From Octopus sinensis (taxonomy: Eukaryota): 64,000 bases of DNA. The stretch covers positions 58,156,001 through 58,220,000 of the forward strand of contig NC_043008.1 of the NCBI RefSeq assembly GCF_006345805.1. The letters are read 5' to 3'. Under the pieces are notes generated by a model. It saw nothing but the letters and a program-made list of their open reading frames with translations. It did no database searches and was not told the DNA's origin. Positions 12,547 to 25,654 of this stretch are shown here, one piece after another. Within the stretch, counting starts at the first letter, position 1, and every line of letters starts with the position of its first letter. The translations under genes were made by a program, and so were the position numbers.

Positions 12547-13397
12547 CTTTCTTCTACTCTAGGCACAAGGCACGAAATTTTTTGGGAAGGGGGCTAGTCG
12601 GTTAGATCGACCCCAGTACACAAGTGATACTTAATTCATCGACCCCGAAATGATGAAAGGCAAAGTCGATCTCGGTGGAATTTGAACTCGGAACGTAAAG
12701 ACAGACAAAATGCCGTTGAGTATTTTCCCCGGCGTGCTAACGATCCTGCCAGCTCCACACCTAATTCTGATAAAATATTCTTTTCTACTCTAGGCACAAG
12801 GCCTGAAATTTTTGGTGAGGGGGCCAGTCGATTAGACCGACCCCAGTATGCAACTGATACTTAATTCATCGACCCCCGAGAGGATTAAAGGCAAAGTCGA
12901 CCTCGGCGAAATTTGGACTCAGAACGTAAAGACAAAGGAAATACTGCTAAGCATTTCGCCTGGCGTGTTAACGTTTCTTATTTCTTTATTGCTCACAAGG
13001 GGCTAAACATAGAGGGGGCAAACAAGGACAGATAAACGGATTAAGTCGATTATATCCACCCCAGTGCTTAACTGGTACTTAATTTATCGACCCCGAAAGG
13101 ATGAAAGGCAAAGTCGACTTCGGCGGAATTTGAACTCAGAACGTACCGTCAGACGAAATACCTATTTCTTTACTACCCACAAGGGGCTAAACACAGACAG
13201 GACAAACAAGGACACACAAACGGATTAAATCGATTACATCGACCCCAGTGCGTAACTGGTACTTAATTTATCGACCCCTTAAAAGATGAAAAGCAAAGTC
13301 GACCTCGGCGGGATTTGAACTCAGAACGTAGCGGCAGACGAAATACCGCTAAGCAATTTGTCCGACGTTCAAACAATTTCTGTCAGTTCATCGTCTT
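12547..13397 (-). mobile_element. SINE family A cluster (4 units, young and old tail types)
   Basis: Junctions at 12977 and 13161. Old-type tail CCTTGTGCCTAGAGTAGAAA occurs twice. Confidence 0.9.
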
Positions 13398-13933
13398 GAG
13401 TGCTTCTAACCTTCAGTGAGTTACTGAATATTGAGGGTGGCTGAATCAAATGCCATGCAAGTTCAAATCTTGCAAAGGGAAATATTGTCTTTTTAACCCT
13501 CCAGGTTAACAATGTAAACATCAGAGAAGTCGAGTTAATTAACTCTACTTTACTGTACGACCTCTAGCTCTGCACCGTTCTTCATTAGTAATATATCAAT
13601 TAGGAGCATAACTGCTGAATCAAATCTGATTCATTTTAAGTCTTTATTCTAACACAACACCTCAGGGAATCGGAGTTTATATAAGTTCTATAGAAAAGAT
13701 AAATGCAATTAATTTGTATTACTTCAGTGAGATATAATTAAGTTAATTAAAAAACTTGTTCTGTTTAGATGCACTATCATCATTCTTATTGAGTTGGAAT
13801 TATACAAAGGAAGAAAGTTCAAAATATTTAGTGCGATGTTGCAGCAGATCATAAAGGTTGTAGATTATCAAAGATACCATCCTCGCCGAACAAGTGCTGA
13901 ATGCCTTAGTCTACAGATTCATATACTGACATA

Positions 13934-14498
13934 TTGGGTTGTTCGGAAAGTTCGTGCCGATTTTTAAAGGAAAGAAAAAGGTCAATAAATACTTGCCATT
14001 ACATTTTTAATCAACTGAATATGAACCATTTTGTTGCACAATGCGTCTCCATCTTTCCTTTAACTTGAAAATACCTTCTTCCCAGAAGTGAGGTGGTTTC
14101 ATGGCAAACAATTCATCAAGGTATCTTTTTGCGTCATCCAGGAATTGAAATTTTTTACCATTAAGACTATTCTGCAGAGACCTGAATAAGTGGAAATCCG
14201 AAGGAACAATATCTGGTGAATATGGAGGGTGGGTAACACATCCCAGCCAAGTTGCAGCAATTTTTGTCTGGTTCCCAAAGCATCAAGTGCCGAAAATGAA
14301 CTTTCTTATCTTCCATTTTAAAGGGTTACAGAATTAACACAGATTATAGGAACATAAATCTACTTCCACGAAAAGATAGCTTAAACTGTGTTCTAAATGG
14401 AGGTGTAGTCAAATCCTATTTTATGTACTCATCCATGTTCTAAAATAAGTCGAAAGGTAAGCTATTATAAATCGGCACGAAATTTCCGGACAACCCAA
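13934..14498 (-). mobile_element. Internally deleted mariner with both TIRs and TA TSD
   Basis: TIR TTGGGTTGT(T/C)CGGAAA(G/T)TTCGTGCCGATTT at both ends, flanked by TA. C-terminus HPPYSPDIVPSDFHLFRSLQNSLNGKKF..LKERWRRIVQQNGSY. Confidence 0.92.
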
Positions 14499-14854
14499 TA
14501 TTTTGTAGTTGTCTAGATAAAGACCAGTTCTGATCGTGCGAACCGATGGTCAAAGATTTGTCTTAGTCATTCACTATATTACCTCGATTTTAATTTCTTA
14601 ATTTCGACCTGCTGATGCCTACTAAAGTTCTTTCAGGGCAATTTAAAAAATAAAAATCCTTTTATCGATGCGTGACGGATGAAAGACAGTTCCGTCGATT
14701 TATACCGCTTACACAACTTTGATAGCTTACACACTACCACTAACAGTCATTTCATTTCTTTATTTTCAGTTGACTAATGAGTACAGTCGATTGAGAGAGA
14801 GAGTCGACTGAGCAAAACCGTGGTCTGGGATATAATACCTGTTTATCCCAACAT

Positions 14855-15065
14855 AGGCGTAGAAGTGGCTGTGTGGTTAAGTAGCTTGCCTACCAACCAC
14901 ATGGTTCTGGGTTCAGTCCAACTTCGTGGCACCTTGGGCAAGTGTCTTCTACTATAGCCTCGGGCCGACCAAAGCCTTGTGAGTGGATTTGGTAGACGGA
15001 AACTGAAAGAAGCTCGTCGTATATATATGTATGTATATGTATGTGTGTATATGTTTTTGTGTCTG
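14855..15065 (+). mobile_element. SINE family B, 5' half
   Basis: Head to (TA)n, same sequence as 17633 and 22955. Confidence 0.88.
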
Positions 15066-15089
15066 TGATATATATAGAACATTTTTCAA

Positions 15090-15545
15090 AAGGCTCTCCT
15101 TTAACTGCGCACCTAATAAAAAGCAAATTAAGTAAATGGACCCGAACGAACATAGAGACAGGTTGCTCATATAGAGACAATGTTCCAGGTTCACTAAATG
15201 GTCAATATAATTTAGAGACCGTCGTATATGAGGCGGAAGTCATGTCGAAGGATTCCGGTGGGGTGATGCAAGTACAGAGGTATGTGGGTACAAGGGAACA
15301 CCCCTTCAAGACCAGATTCAACAAACACAAGTCCTCTTTTAAAATCCAGGATACGCGTAATGCCACAACATTAGCGAGACACATATGGCTACTAAATGAA
15401 AACTCTTCACAATCTAACGTCAACTGGAGATTACTGAAAATGTGCAGACTTAACTCAATTGCAGTAGGAGATGCAGGCTTTGTTTAGCAGAGTAAAGGAT
15501 TATATTGAAGAATTCTCTCTACACAGTCTGAGCGAATTCTAAAAC
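15090..15545 (+). pseudogene. Penelope-like element GIY-YIG endonuclease fragment
   Basis: LNGQ..VVYEAEV..YVGTREHPFKTRFNKHKSSF..RNATTLARHIWLL..VNWRLL, then frameshifted RCRLCLAE, the PLE GIY-YIG pattern. Confidence 0.82.
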
Positions 15546-15649
15546 CCGGGCGTTTTCCCTTTACCCTCACGAACAGAATGTACACACACACACACACCAC
15601 ACACACACACACACACACATGTGTGTGTGTGTTTGTATGTGTACACATA

Positions 15650-16522
15650 CGAGGTGTGATCAATAAGTATTTGTACTGTTGCCATAGTAACGAAGCTATA
15701 GCACGCGAAGTAAAGCCGCTTGGTCAGATTGACCTTGAACTTTGTTGTGCACGCGCACTAAGTTTCAACATTCTACCTCACTTCTACTGTTTACAGCAGT
15801 GCTTGGAAGGAAGGTGTGTAGCGTGTGATCGTCGCATTGGCTATGACAAAGAAAGTTGCCATGGCGATACCTGCTCAGAGGCCTGCGCAAAGTTGCAGAA
15901 AGTGTATGGAGAGGAGTCTATGAGCCGCATAGACGTGTACGAGTGGTTCAGATGTTTCCAAGATGGCCGAAAAATGTATTGACGAACGTCCTGGGAGACC
16001 CGCAGAACTGAGAAAAACATCGCAAATGCGCGTGTAGTTGTGAGGATTGCTCGTCAAATCACCATCCGTGAGTTATCAGAGGATGTATAGATTAGTTACA
16101 GCTCAGTTCAGTCCATTATCACTGAAGATTTGAGTATGAGACGCGTGTCTGCCAAGTTTGTGCCAAAACTGCTTTCAGCTAACCAAAAAGACACTCTGGT
16201 TTCAGTTGCACAAGATCTTGATTGTGTCGAGAACGATGAAAACTTTGCATAGGCTTCTGAGCAGGTATCGCCAAACTTTGGTATCGCCAAAATTTGAGGC
16301 AGATTCTCTGCTCAACTTTCTCTGTCATGGTCAATGCGACGACCACACGCTACACACCTTCCTTCAAAGCACTGCTGTAAACAGCGTAAGTGAGCTTGAA
16401 CGATAAAACTTAGTGCTCATGCACAGTAGAGTTCAAGGTCAATCTGTGCCAAGTGGCTCCACTCTCCATGCTTTAGCTTTGTTACTATAGCAACAGTCCG
16501 GATACTTATTGTTCAGACTACG
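15650..16522 (+). mobile_element. Deleted mariner element with ~44-bp imperfect TIRs and TA TSD
   Basis: CGAGGTGTGATCAATAAGTAT..TAGTAAC and its reverse complement at 16481-16522. Transposase N-terminus LQKVYGEESMSRIDVYEWFRCFQDGR..LSMRRVSAKFVPKLL. Confidence 0.9.
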
Positions 16523-16638
16523 TATATATATATATATATATATACACACTCAGACATATATATATATATACACATGCACACATGCACACACACATACATA
16601 CATACATACATACATACATACATACATACGTACGTACG

Positions 16639-16712
<74 letters not shown>

Positions 16713-16962
16713 TATATACATACACGCACAGAACAAATGGAGCTCAGAAGACTATGTATATACATTTGGAAGTCTTAGTCGTAAAAGTAATTAAAAGTAA
16801 TACATATATACATACCTGCATTGATACACACACACACATGTATACACATACGACTGTATGCACACACACTCACGCATATGTATACAGAAAGATACACATG
16901 TATGCATACACATAACTATATATATTAGTTTGTGCATGTACTCACACCCACACACTCACATA

Positions 16963-17003
<41 letters not shown>

Positions 17004-17010
17004 AAACACA
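16523..17010. repeat. Compound (TA)n/(CATA)n/(CA)n microsatellite field
   Basis: Direct reading. Confidence 0.9.
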
Positions 17011-17632
17011 CACGCATGCACACATGGAAAGAGATTTAAGCAATTATATTTAATGTGTCTGTGAAGTGTTAGTTTGATGAAAAGGAAAAAACTAAAAAAA
17101 AAAAGGAAGAAAATTCTTCGAAGTCGGATATAATAAAAGAATAGTCATCAACTGTTGTATAACATTTTAGAAATATCAGAACATTTTGTAGGTGGTCCAC
17201 TCTTTCGCCTTTTAAATGGGAAATATTAGTTGTCTTATTTTTGTAAATTTGGTTGTTTTCATACTTTTTATATGCTTGGTATCGCTTAGTTTCATTGACT
17301 TAGCATAAACAAGGTCTCTAATGAGAGTTGGCAATGTCTTAGACTATTACTATGGTGTGTTAACTCGTGCCCGTGTGAAAAATATACTTAGCGTTCGCTA
17401 TTCAAGATCACTTAGCTGTTAATAGATGAGAACAAATGCGAACATGGCCGCAAATGGCTTTGAAGATGAAATGGCTGATTCTCAACTATGTGGTTGGTCC
17501 GTGATAAGATCCCACTCTCTGTTGGAAGTAGTGTGGCACTATTTGCCTGTGTGTGCTGCGTCTTCTATTTGGCTATGTCTTCTATCATTTAATACACATT
17601 CGTTCATCTTTCTTAATTGATAATGTAATATC

Positions 17633-18074
17633 AGGCGCAGGAGTGGCTGTGTGGTAAGTAGCTTGCTTACCAACCACATGGTTCCGGGTTCAGTCCCACT
17701 GCGTAGCATCTTTGGCAAGTGTCTTCTACTATAGCCTCGGGCCGACCAAAGCCTTGTGAGTGGATTTGGTAGACGGAAACTGAAAGAAGCTCGTCGTATA
17801 TGTATATATATATGTATATATATACATATACGACGGGCTTCTTTCAGTATATGTACCTGTGTGTGTATGTTTGTGTGTCTGTGTTTGTCCCCTAGCATTG
17901 CTTGACAACCAATGCTGGTGTGTTTACGTCCTCGTGACTTAGCGGTTCGGCAAAATAGACCGATGTAATAAGTACTAGGCTTACAAAGAATAAGTCCTGG
18001 GGTCGATTTGCTCGACTAAAAACGGCGGTGCTCCAGCATGGCCACAGTCAAATGACTGAAAAAAGTAAAAGAGT
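17633..18074 (+). mobile_element. SINE family B, full length, with internal fold-back
   Basis: Head AGGCGCAGGAGTGGCTGTGTGG to tail AAAAGAGT. Palindrome at 17780-17847. Confidence 0.92.
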
Positions 18075-18089
18075 GGTATTCTTTTGCTT

Positions 18090-18301
18090 TCCTTTACTTG
18101 TTTCAGTCATGCTGGAGCACGGCCTTAAAGGGTTTCAGTCGAAGAAATCGACCCTAGGACTTATTCTCCATAAGCCTAGTACTTATTCTATTGATCTCCC
18201 TTGCCGAACCGCTAAGTTACGGGGGACATCGGTTGTCAAGCGATGGTGGGGAACAAACACAGATACAAACACACATAAATATATAAATACACGCACACTC
18301 A

Positions 18302-18370
<69 letters not shown>

Positions 18371-18510
18371 GACGGAATTATTTCAGCTTCCGTCTACTAA
18401 ATCCACTTATAAGGCCATAGTAGAAGACACTTGCCCAAGGTGCCACGCAGTGGGACTGAACCCGGAACCATGTGGTTGGTAAGCAAGCTACTTACCACAC
18501 AGCCACTCCT
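18090..18510 (-). mobile_element. SINE family B, tail-to-tail with the previous copy
   Basis: Reverse complement of family B with a small internal deletion. Confidence 0.9.
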
Positions 18511-19589
18511 GGTATATTCGACTAGCCCTCTCCCATCAAATTTCAGGCCTTGTATTTATAGTAGAAATGATTATTATTATTTCTTTCTGTTGGTCAAATT
18601 TGGCATCTCTGATTGTTATAAGAATGTCTGGGCATCGTATTGCTTTCTTTATTATGTATTGTTTGGATGCTGTGAATGTTTAGAGGTGTTGCATATATAA
18701 CTCGTAGTAGTGTGTATGTGTGTTTCTGTAGAGTACATTTACGTTGTTGAGTAGAATTTCATGTTTATTAATGATATCGATGCTAATGATAATGTAATGA
18801 AAAACAAACTTTTGATAATTTATTCTGGAGATAATTTATCTTAATTAATATCGTATTTTGCCGCTATCATTTGTTATTCTTCATGCGTGATGAGAAATGA
18901 TCTCTAGATTTTTATTGAGAACGAGTAGCATTTTAGACTACATTATAGCAAATTGGATTATTTAACGGAGAATGAATTATAGAATCAATTTAATTCTTTT
19001 CTCTTTATAAATGTTGACATATAATTAAATAATTTATCAAGAGACTTGTTGGAGAATTGTGTAAACATGCCAAACTATATTTTAAAGTAACGATTTTATC
19101 GTAAATAATATTTGACGTTGTAGCATCAATTTAAGTTAGAGAAAAAAAAAGATCAAGAGGTCTTCTGATGACTCTATAATCCCGAGCCCTGTTGTTCTTT
19201 TTTCTTTTACAAATTTGTGTTTATAATGCATAATAGCTTCATATCATTCTTGACTATAGTTATCGAAGATACCGTACAGTAAAGAAATGATTACTATATT
19301 TAGAAAGTCCATATTTTGTTCTACTCTAAACGAAAATTTTGTTTTATTTAAAACTCGTGATTGGTGCGTTAAATCTTTTCCATACAGATAAGCTAAATAT
19401 ATTTTGAAATATTGGCTTCAAATTTTGGCACCGAGCCAGCAGTTTTAAGGGAGGGATAAGACGGTTATATCAACTCTAGTATGACCGCAATCGGTCGACG
19501 TTTACAGAAAGATTTTGGAAGGTCACTGGTGTTGAATCTTCTGGCTTCCGGAGAACCGAATATAGAACAATGACAAAATCTGTTTCAAT

Positions 19590-19940
19590 TTATGTCACTG
19601 TAGATTGCATCTGAAAGGAGCACTCCGTCGGTTGCGACGAAGAGGGTCCCAGCTGATACGATCAACGGCACAGCTTGCTCGTGAAATTAACGTGCAAGTG
19701 GCTGAGCACTCCGCAAACACGTGTACCCTTAACGTAGTTCTCGGGGGAGATTCAGCGTGACACAGTGTGTGACAAAGCTGGCCCTTTGAAATACAGGTAC
19801 TACACATTTTTGCCAGCTGAGTGGACTGGAGCAACGTGAAATAAAGTGTCTTGCTCAAGGACCCAACGCGCCACCGGGAATTGAACTCACGACCTTACGA
19901 TCAGGAATCGAATGGCCCCTAACCACTAAGCCATGCACCT
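19590..19940 (-). mobile_element. SINE family D (head shared with C, distinct body and tail)
   Basis: tRNA-like head, GTCCTTGAGCAAGACACTTTATTTCACGTTGCTCCAG, body GAGAACTACGTTAAGGGTACACGTG. Confidence 0.85.
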
Positions 19941-20229
19941 TTATTGTACCTGAAATAGTTACTGAAGAACGCCTTAAATACCAGATGCAATGTAAAATTA
20001 ATGAATATTTCCGTTAAATTTGTAATGCAGACTTAAAATTAAAACAGAAGATTTCCGAGAAAGTCCGGTGAAGGTTTATTTCTCAGGTTTTACAACGCTG
20101 TGTGAAATTAATTACCAATGGACTTTCTAGACTTCTTAAATGTCGTTTTTATTAAGTCGTTTTCGTTCGTTTTAGTGTATTCTAATCAACTTTTCTATCA
20201 CTTAATTACTGAAGAATTTATTCACTATT

Positions 20230-20890
20230 GAGAAGAAGAAGAAGAAGAAGAAGAAAAAGAAGTGGAAGAAGAAGGAGAGGGAAGAAGTAGAAGAGTGAAG
20301 AAGACAAAGAAAAGAAGAAGAAGAAAACGAAAAGAAGACGAAGAAGAAGAGGAAGAAATAGAAGAGGAACAAGAGGAAAAAGAAGAAGAGGAAGAAGAGG
20401 AAGAAGACGAAGAAGAAGAAGAGAAACAAGAGGAAGAAGACGAAGAAGAAGAAGAAAAAGAGGAAGAAGTAGAGAGAGAGAAGAGCAAGAAAAAGGAGAA
20501 CAAGAAAAAGAGGAAGAAGAAGAGGAACAAGAGGAAGAAGACGAAGAAAAAGAGGAAGAAGAAGAAGAAGAAAAGTAAGAAGACGAAGAAAAAGAGGAAA
20601 AAAGAAGAAAAAGAATTAAAAGAGGAAGTAGTAGAGGAAGAAGAACAAGAAAAAGAGGAAGAAGAAGAGAAAGTAGAACAAGAAAAAGAGGAAGAAGAAG
20701 AAGAACAAGAGGAAGAAGAAGAAGAACAAGAAAAAGAGGCAGAAGTAGAGGAGAAGAACAAGAAAAAGACGAAGAAGAAGAAGAAAAAGAGGCAGAAGTA
20801 GAGGAGAAGAACAAGAAAAAGATGAAGAAGAAGAGGCAGAAGACGAAGAAGAAGAAGAAAAAGAGGAAGAAGTAGAGAAAGAAGCAAAAC
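20230..20890. repeat. Long purine-rich (GAA/GAG)n degenerate repeat
   Basis: About 660 bp almost entirely A/G on the plus strand. Confidence 0.95.
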
Positions 20891-21194
20891 AAAAGCACTT
20901 AATTTTAAAAGATAGCTTAGGGGATCTCTCCTGGGCTTTATTCGCTACATCAGACAAACGACTCTCATAAACCTTGTATATAACAGCTAAGAGATACTTA
21001 AGAATTCCGAGCATCATATCCGAGCTAGTCGCGAATGAAATTCCCAGTGGTATAAGAAGTCGAACGCTAATTGAGTTAAAATCAGTTCCTGTGTGGCAAC
21101 TTGTAAATTTAAGCTTAATACATTATTTCTAATGAATTTAAGAACATTTTCGAATTTATAGAACGAAACATACGCATGTTCCATTTTGTGAGGT

Positions 21195-21975
21195 CAGTAA
21201 CATTACGGCAACACCGAAGATCTGTATGGAATGGTACAAGACGGACGAAATATCGCCAAGGATTTTGCCCGGCGTGCTATCGGATCTGCCAGCTGGCCGA
21301 CTTAAATTAATAATAATCTTTTCTACTCGAGGCACAAGGCCCAAAATTTTTAGATTAACCCCCCAGTACGCAACTGGTACTTAATTTACCGACCCCGAAA
21401 GGCAAAGTCGGTCTCGGCGGAATTTGAACTCAGAACGTAACGACAGATGGAATACCTATTTTTTTTACTACACACAAGGCACTAAACACATAGAGGACAA
21501 ACAAGGACAGACAAAGGGATTAAGTCGATTATATCGACCCCAGTGCGTAACTGGTACTTATTTAATCGACCCCGAAAAGATGAAAAGAAAAGTCGACCTC
21601 GGCGGAATTTGAACTCAGAACGTAGCGGCAGATGGAATACTTATTTCTTTACTACCCACAAGGGGCTAAACACAGAGAGGACAAACAAGGACAGACAAAC
21701 TGATTAAGTCGATTATATCGATTCCAGTGCGTAACTGGTACTTATTTAATCGACCCCGAAAGGATGAAAGAAAAAGTCGACCTCGGCGGAATTTGAACTC
21801 AGACCAGGCGGCAGACGAAATACCGCTAAGCATTTCGCCCGGCGCGCTAACGTTTTTATTTCTTTATTGCCCACAAGGGGCTAAACACAGAGGGGACAAA
21901 CAAGGACAGACAAAGGGATTAAGTCGATTACATCAACCCCAGTGCGTAACTGGTACTTAATTTATCGACCCCGAA
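21195..21975 (-). mobile_element. SINE family A cluster (4-5 units)
   Basis: Repeated core with junctions near 21455, 21640 and 21855. Confidence 0.88.
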
Positions 21976-22126
21976 AGAAAGGCAAAGATTTACACGCTTT
22001 TTGTAATGGTCCTTCAGGTTTTTTAAGCACTGTAAAAAAAAACTCTGAAGGTTGAATCTCCAACCAAACTTTTCGCGATACGTTAAAGCCAGGAACTTTT
22101 CAGCACCCCTTCGTATGTACACTTGT
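21976..22126. mobile_element. Half of a mariner-derived MITE
   Basis: TIR-like GCCAGGAACTTTTCAGCACCCCTTCG followed by TA. Minus strand reads FFLQCLKNLKDHYKKRVNL, like a mariner C-terminus. Confidence 0.55.
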
Positions 22127-22192
22127 CCGCCTTCTCTTATGTTAATTCTATATCTCTCTATTAGTCTCACTCCTCGTCTCTCTATACGATAT

Positions 22193-22710
22193 TGTGATCC
22201 CCTTCGGTCAGGAATGACCATGGGATTGCACCTAGGAAGTTAGTCTCCGAGGCACAAGTCTGGGCAAGGTTGTTTTATGGAAGGCCAGCAGTCGCCCATG
22301 CATACCAGCCTCCCCTCTACACACCACTGATGTAGTCAAGGGAAAGGCAAAGGCCGATACAGCTTGGCACCTGTGATGTGGCAGCTCATTTATTAACGTG
22401 TAAGTGGCTGAGCACTCCAGAGACACGTGTACCCTTAACGTAGTTCTCGGGGAGATTCAGCAGGACACAGTGTGTGACAAGGCTGGCCCATTGAAATACA
22501 GGTACAACAGAAACAGGAAGAAAGAGTGAGAGAAAGATGTGGAGAAAGAGTACAGCAGGGTTTACCCCCCCCCACCTACCGGTGCCTCGTGGAGTTTTAG
22601 GTGTTTTTGCTCAATAAACACTCACAATGCTCGGTCTGGGAATCGATATCGCGATCCTACCACCGCGAGTCCGAGTCCGCTGCCCTAACCACTGGGCCAT
22701 TGCGCTTCCA
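22193..22710 (-). mobile_element. Chimeric SINE: E head + D body + C tail, 13-bp TSD
   Basis: TSD CTCTATACGATAT at 22180-22192 and 22711-22723. Segments match 315-510, 19700-19800 and 30700-30890 respectively. Confidence 0.88.
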
Positions 22711-22954
22711 CTCTATACGATATAGAAAGGCGTGATTGGACAAATCGACCAACCAACCAACCAACCAGCCAACTATTCAACCAATTCACATTCACACACA
22801 CACACAAATTTGAAGAAAAAGTGGACCTTATATATGAAGTAAAGTTTATGCTTACATTTTATTCCTTTCATCATTATTATTTCACATCGATTGCATGTTG
22901 TGTGTGTGTGTGTTTCACTGTGCGTGCGGCGGTGTGATACATTTATATATATAT

Positions 22955-23350
22955 CGCAGGAGTGGTTGTGTGGTAAGTAGCTTGCTTACCAACCACATGG
23001 TTCCGGGTTCAGTCCCACTGCGTGGCACCTTGGGCAAGTGTCTTCTGCTATAGTCCCGGGCCGACCAAAGCCTTGTGAGTGGATTTGGGAGATGGAAACT
23101 GAAAGAAGCCCGTCATATATATATGTATATATATGTGTGCGTGTATGTTTGTGTGTCTGTGTTTGTCCCCCTAGCATTGCTTGACAACCAATGCTGGTGT
23201 GTTTATGTCCCCGTCACTTAGCGGTTCGGCAAATCAGACCGATAGACTAAGTACTGGGCTTACAAAGAATAAGTCCTGGGGTCGAGTTGCTCGATTAAAG
23301 GCGGTGCTCCAGCATGGCTGCAGTCAAATGACTGAAACAAGTAAAAGAGT
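22955..23350 (+). mobile_element. SINE family B, full length
   Basis: As above. Confidence 0.92.
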
Positions 23351-23536
23351 ATATGCATTCGCATATACATTCATTAATATCTATATTAGCGACAGAGGCA
23401 GTATTAATGCTGAGAGATATCTATCTCCGCTTAAACGTAGATGTTCTCTTAAAACAGACTATACTGCGGTAGTTACCACGAGAGAAAGTCTCATACTGGT
23501 TTTTTTAAAATGCAAAATGCACTCTTATTAATATAA

Positions 23537-24170
<634 letters not shown>

Positions 24171-24705
24171 ACCAAAACACATACATATTCACATATTCAC
24201 ATTTTCAACACGTGTATTCAACAGTGTTATATTTCTTTATTTTTCCCTATTTTTTTCTCCACGAAAAATATTATGTACACAGACTTATTGTTTACATTCG
24301 TCCTAACACACTTTCAGCTTTAGAATATCTTTAGAAATATTCTATAAAAGAATATATAAAAATGACGCTATCGCGCCAGTAATGTGATATCCAATTTCGT
24401 TTTCAAAAAGGTTTTATCTACACAAGCCGATCTCTCCAGTTTTTGTAAACTTTCCGCAGTATTGTGTATATAAGCGTGGTCGTGGACAGTTAAAGAGTTG
24501 GTGGGGCATAACCGTTGATAAAATTCCAAATTCTGGCCTGAAATATGTCATGTGTGACAGACTATTCCTTGCTTTTCTGTCCAAGAAAATATCGTATATA
24601 CAGAAGTATGGATTACATTCGCCGTAACATTCAGTGTTTTGTTAAAAATCTATTGAGATATCATGTACTTCAGTTCAGCAAACACTCATACACACGTACG
24701 CACAC

Positions 24706-25346
24706 GTATGTATGTATGTATGTATGTATGTATGTATGTATGTATGTATGTATGTATGTATGTATGTATGTATGTATGTATGTATGTTGTTGTATGTTTG
24801 TATGTATGTATATATGTATGTATGTATGTATGTATGCATGCATGCATGTATGTATGTATGTTTGTATGTAAGTACGTTTGTATGTATGTATAAATGTATG
24901 TATATGTGTGTGTATGTACGTACATACGTAAGTATGTATGTATGTATGTATGTATGTACGAACATACGTATGTATGTATGTTTGTATGTATATACGTATG
25001 TATGTATGTATGTATGTATGTATGTATGTATGTATGTATGTATGTATGTATGTATGTATGTATGTATGTATGTATGAATGTATGTATGTATGTATGTATA
25101 TGTGTGTGTATGTACGTACATACGTAAGTATGTATGTATGTATGTATGTACAAACATACGTATGTATGTATGTTTGTATGTATGTACGTATGTATGTATG
25201 TATGTTTGTATGTATGTACGTATGTATGTATGTATATGTTTGTGTATGTATGTATGTATATATATATGTATGTATGTATGTGTATATGCATGTATGTATG
25301 CAGGTATGTATGTATGTATACATATGTGTATATGCATGTATGTATG
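24706..25346. repeat. (TATG)n array with a 184-bp higher-order duplication
   Basis: Variant block AATGTATGTAT..GTACGTACATACGTAAG recurs at ~24893 and ~25077. Confidence 0.9.
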
Positions 25347-25623
25347 ACTTCTATTTCTTAATCATTATAAATCTTCCACTGAGGAGGAAGCCGGTTTCCT
25401 GCAAAGATACAAGGTTCCATTTTTGGGATGTAGTTAACACAGACAAATTCACATTTGGAACTTGAGAAAAGTCTTGCATATTTTTACTGTTCCACTCACT
25501 GGTTGCGCTTGTAATGTACGAATAAGCCGTTCGATTTCTCTTTCTGAAAATTCCAGTTTATCCAGATTCTCCTTTAACAAAACCCAGAGCACCAATCATT
25601 ATTGGTATGACTATGAATTCATA

Positions 25624-25624
<1 letters not shown>
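25347..25624 (-). mobile_element. 3' fragment of RLE-type non-LTR retrotransposon (family 2) inside (TATG)n
   Basis: YEFIVIPIMIGALGFV..NLDKLEFSEREIERLIRTLQ..SGTVKICKTFLKF* plus 3' UTR similar to 58661-58900. Confidence 0.75.

Positions 25625-25654
<30 letters not shown>

Noticed and set aside
13790-13932. 46-codon open stretch LELYKGRKFK..
   Set aside because: No splice signals or recognisable homology.
20202-21017. Poly-E/K and poly-S/F/L ORFs
   Set aside because: Stop-free simple repeat with no splice or domain context.
24663-25465. Long YIHT/MYVC ORFs (also 16.5, 23.5, 28-30, 35, 54 and 61 kb)
   Set aside because: (TATG)n, (TATC)n and (TA)n microsatellites.
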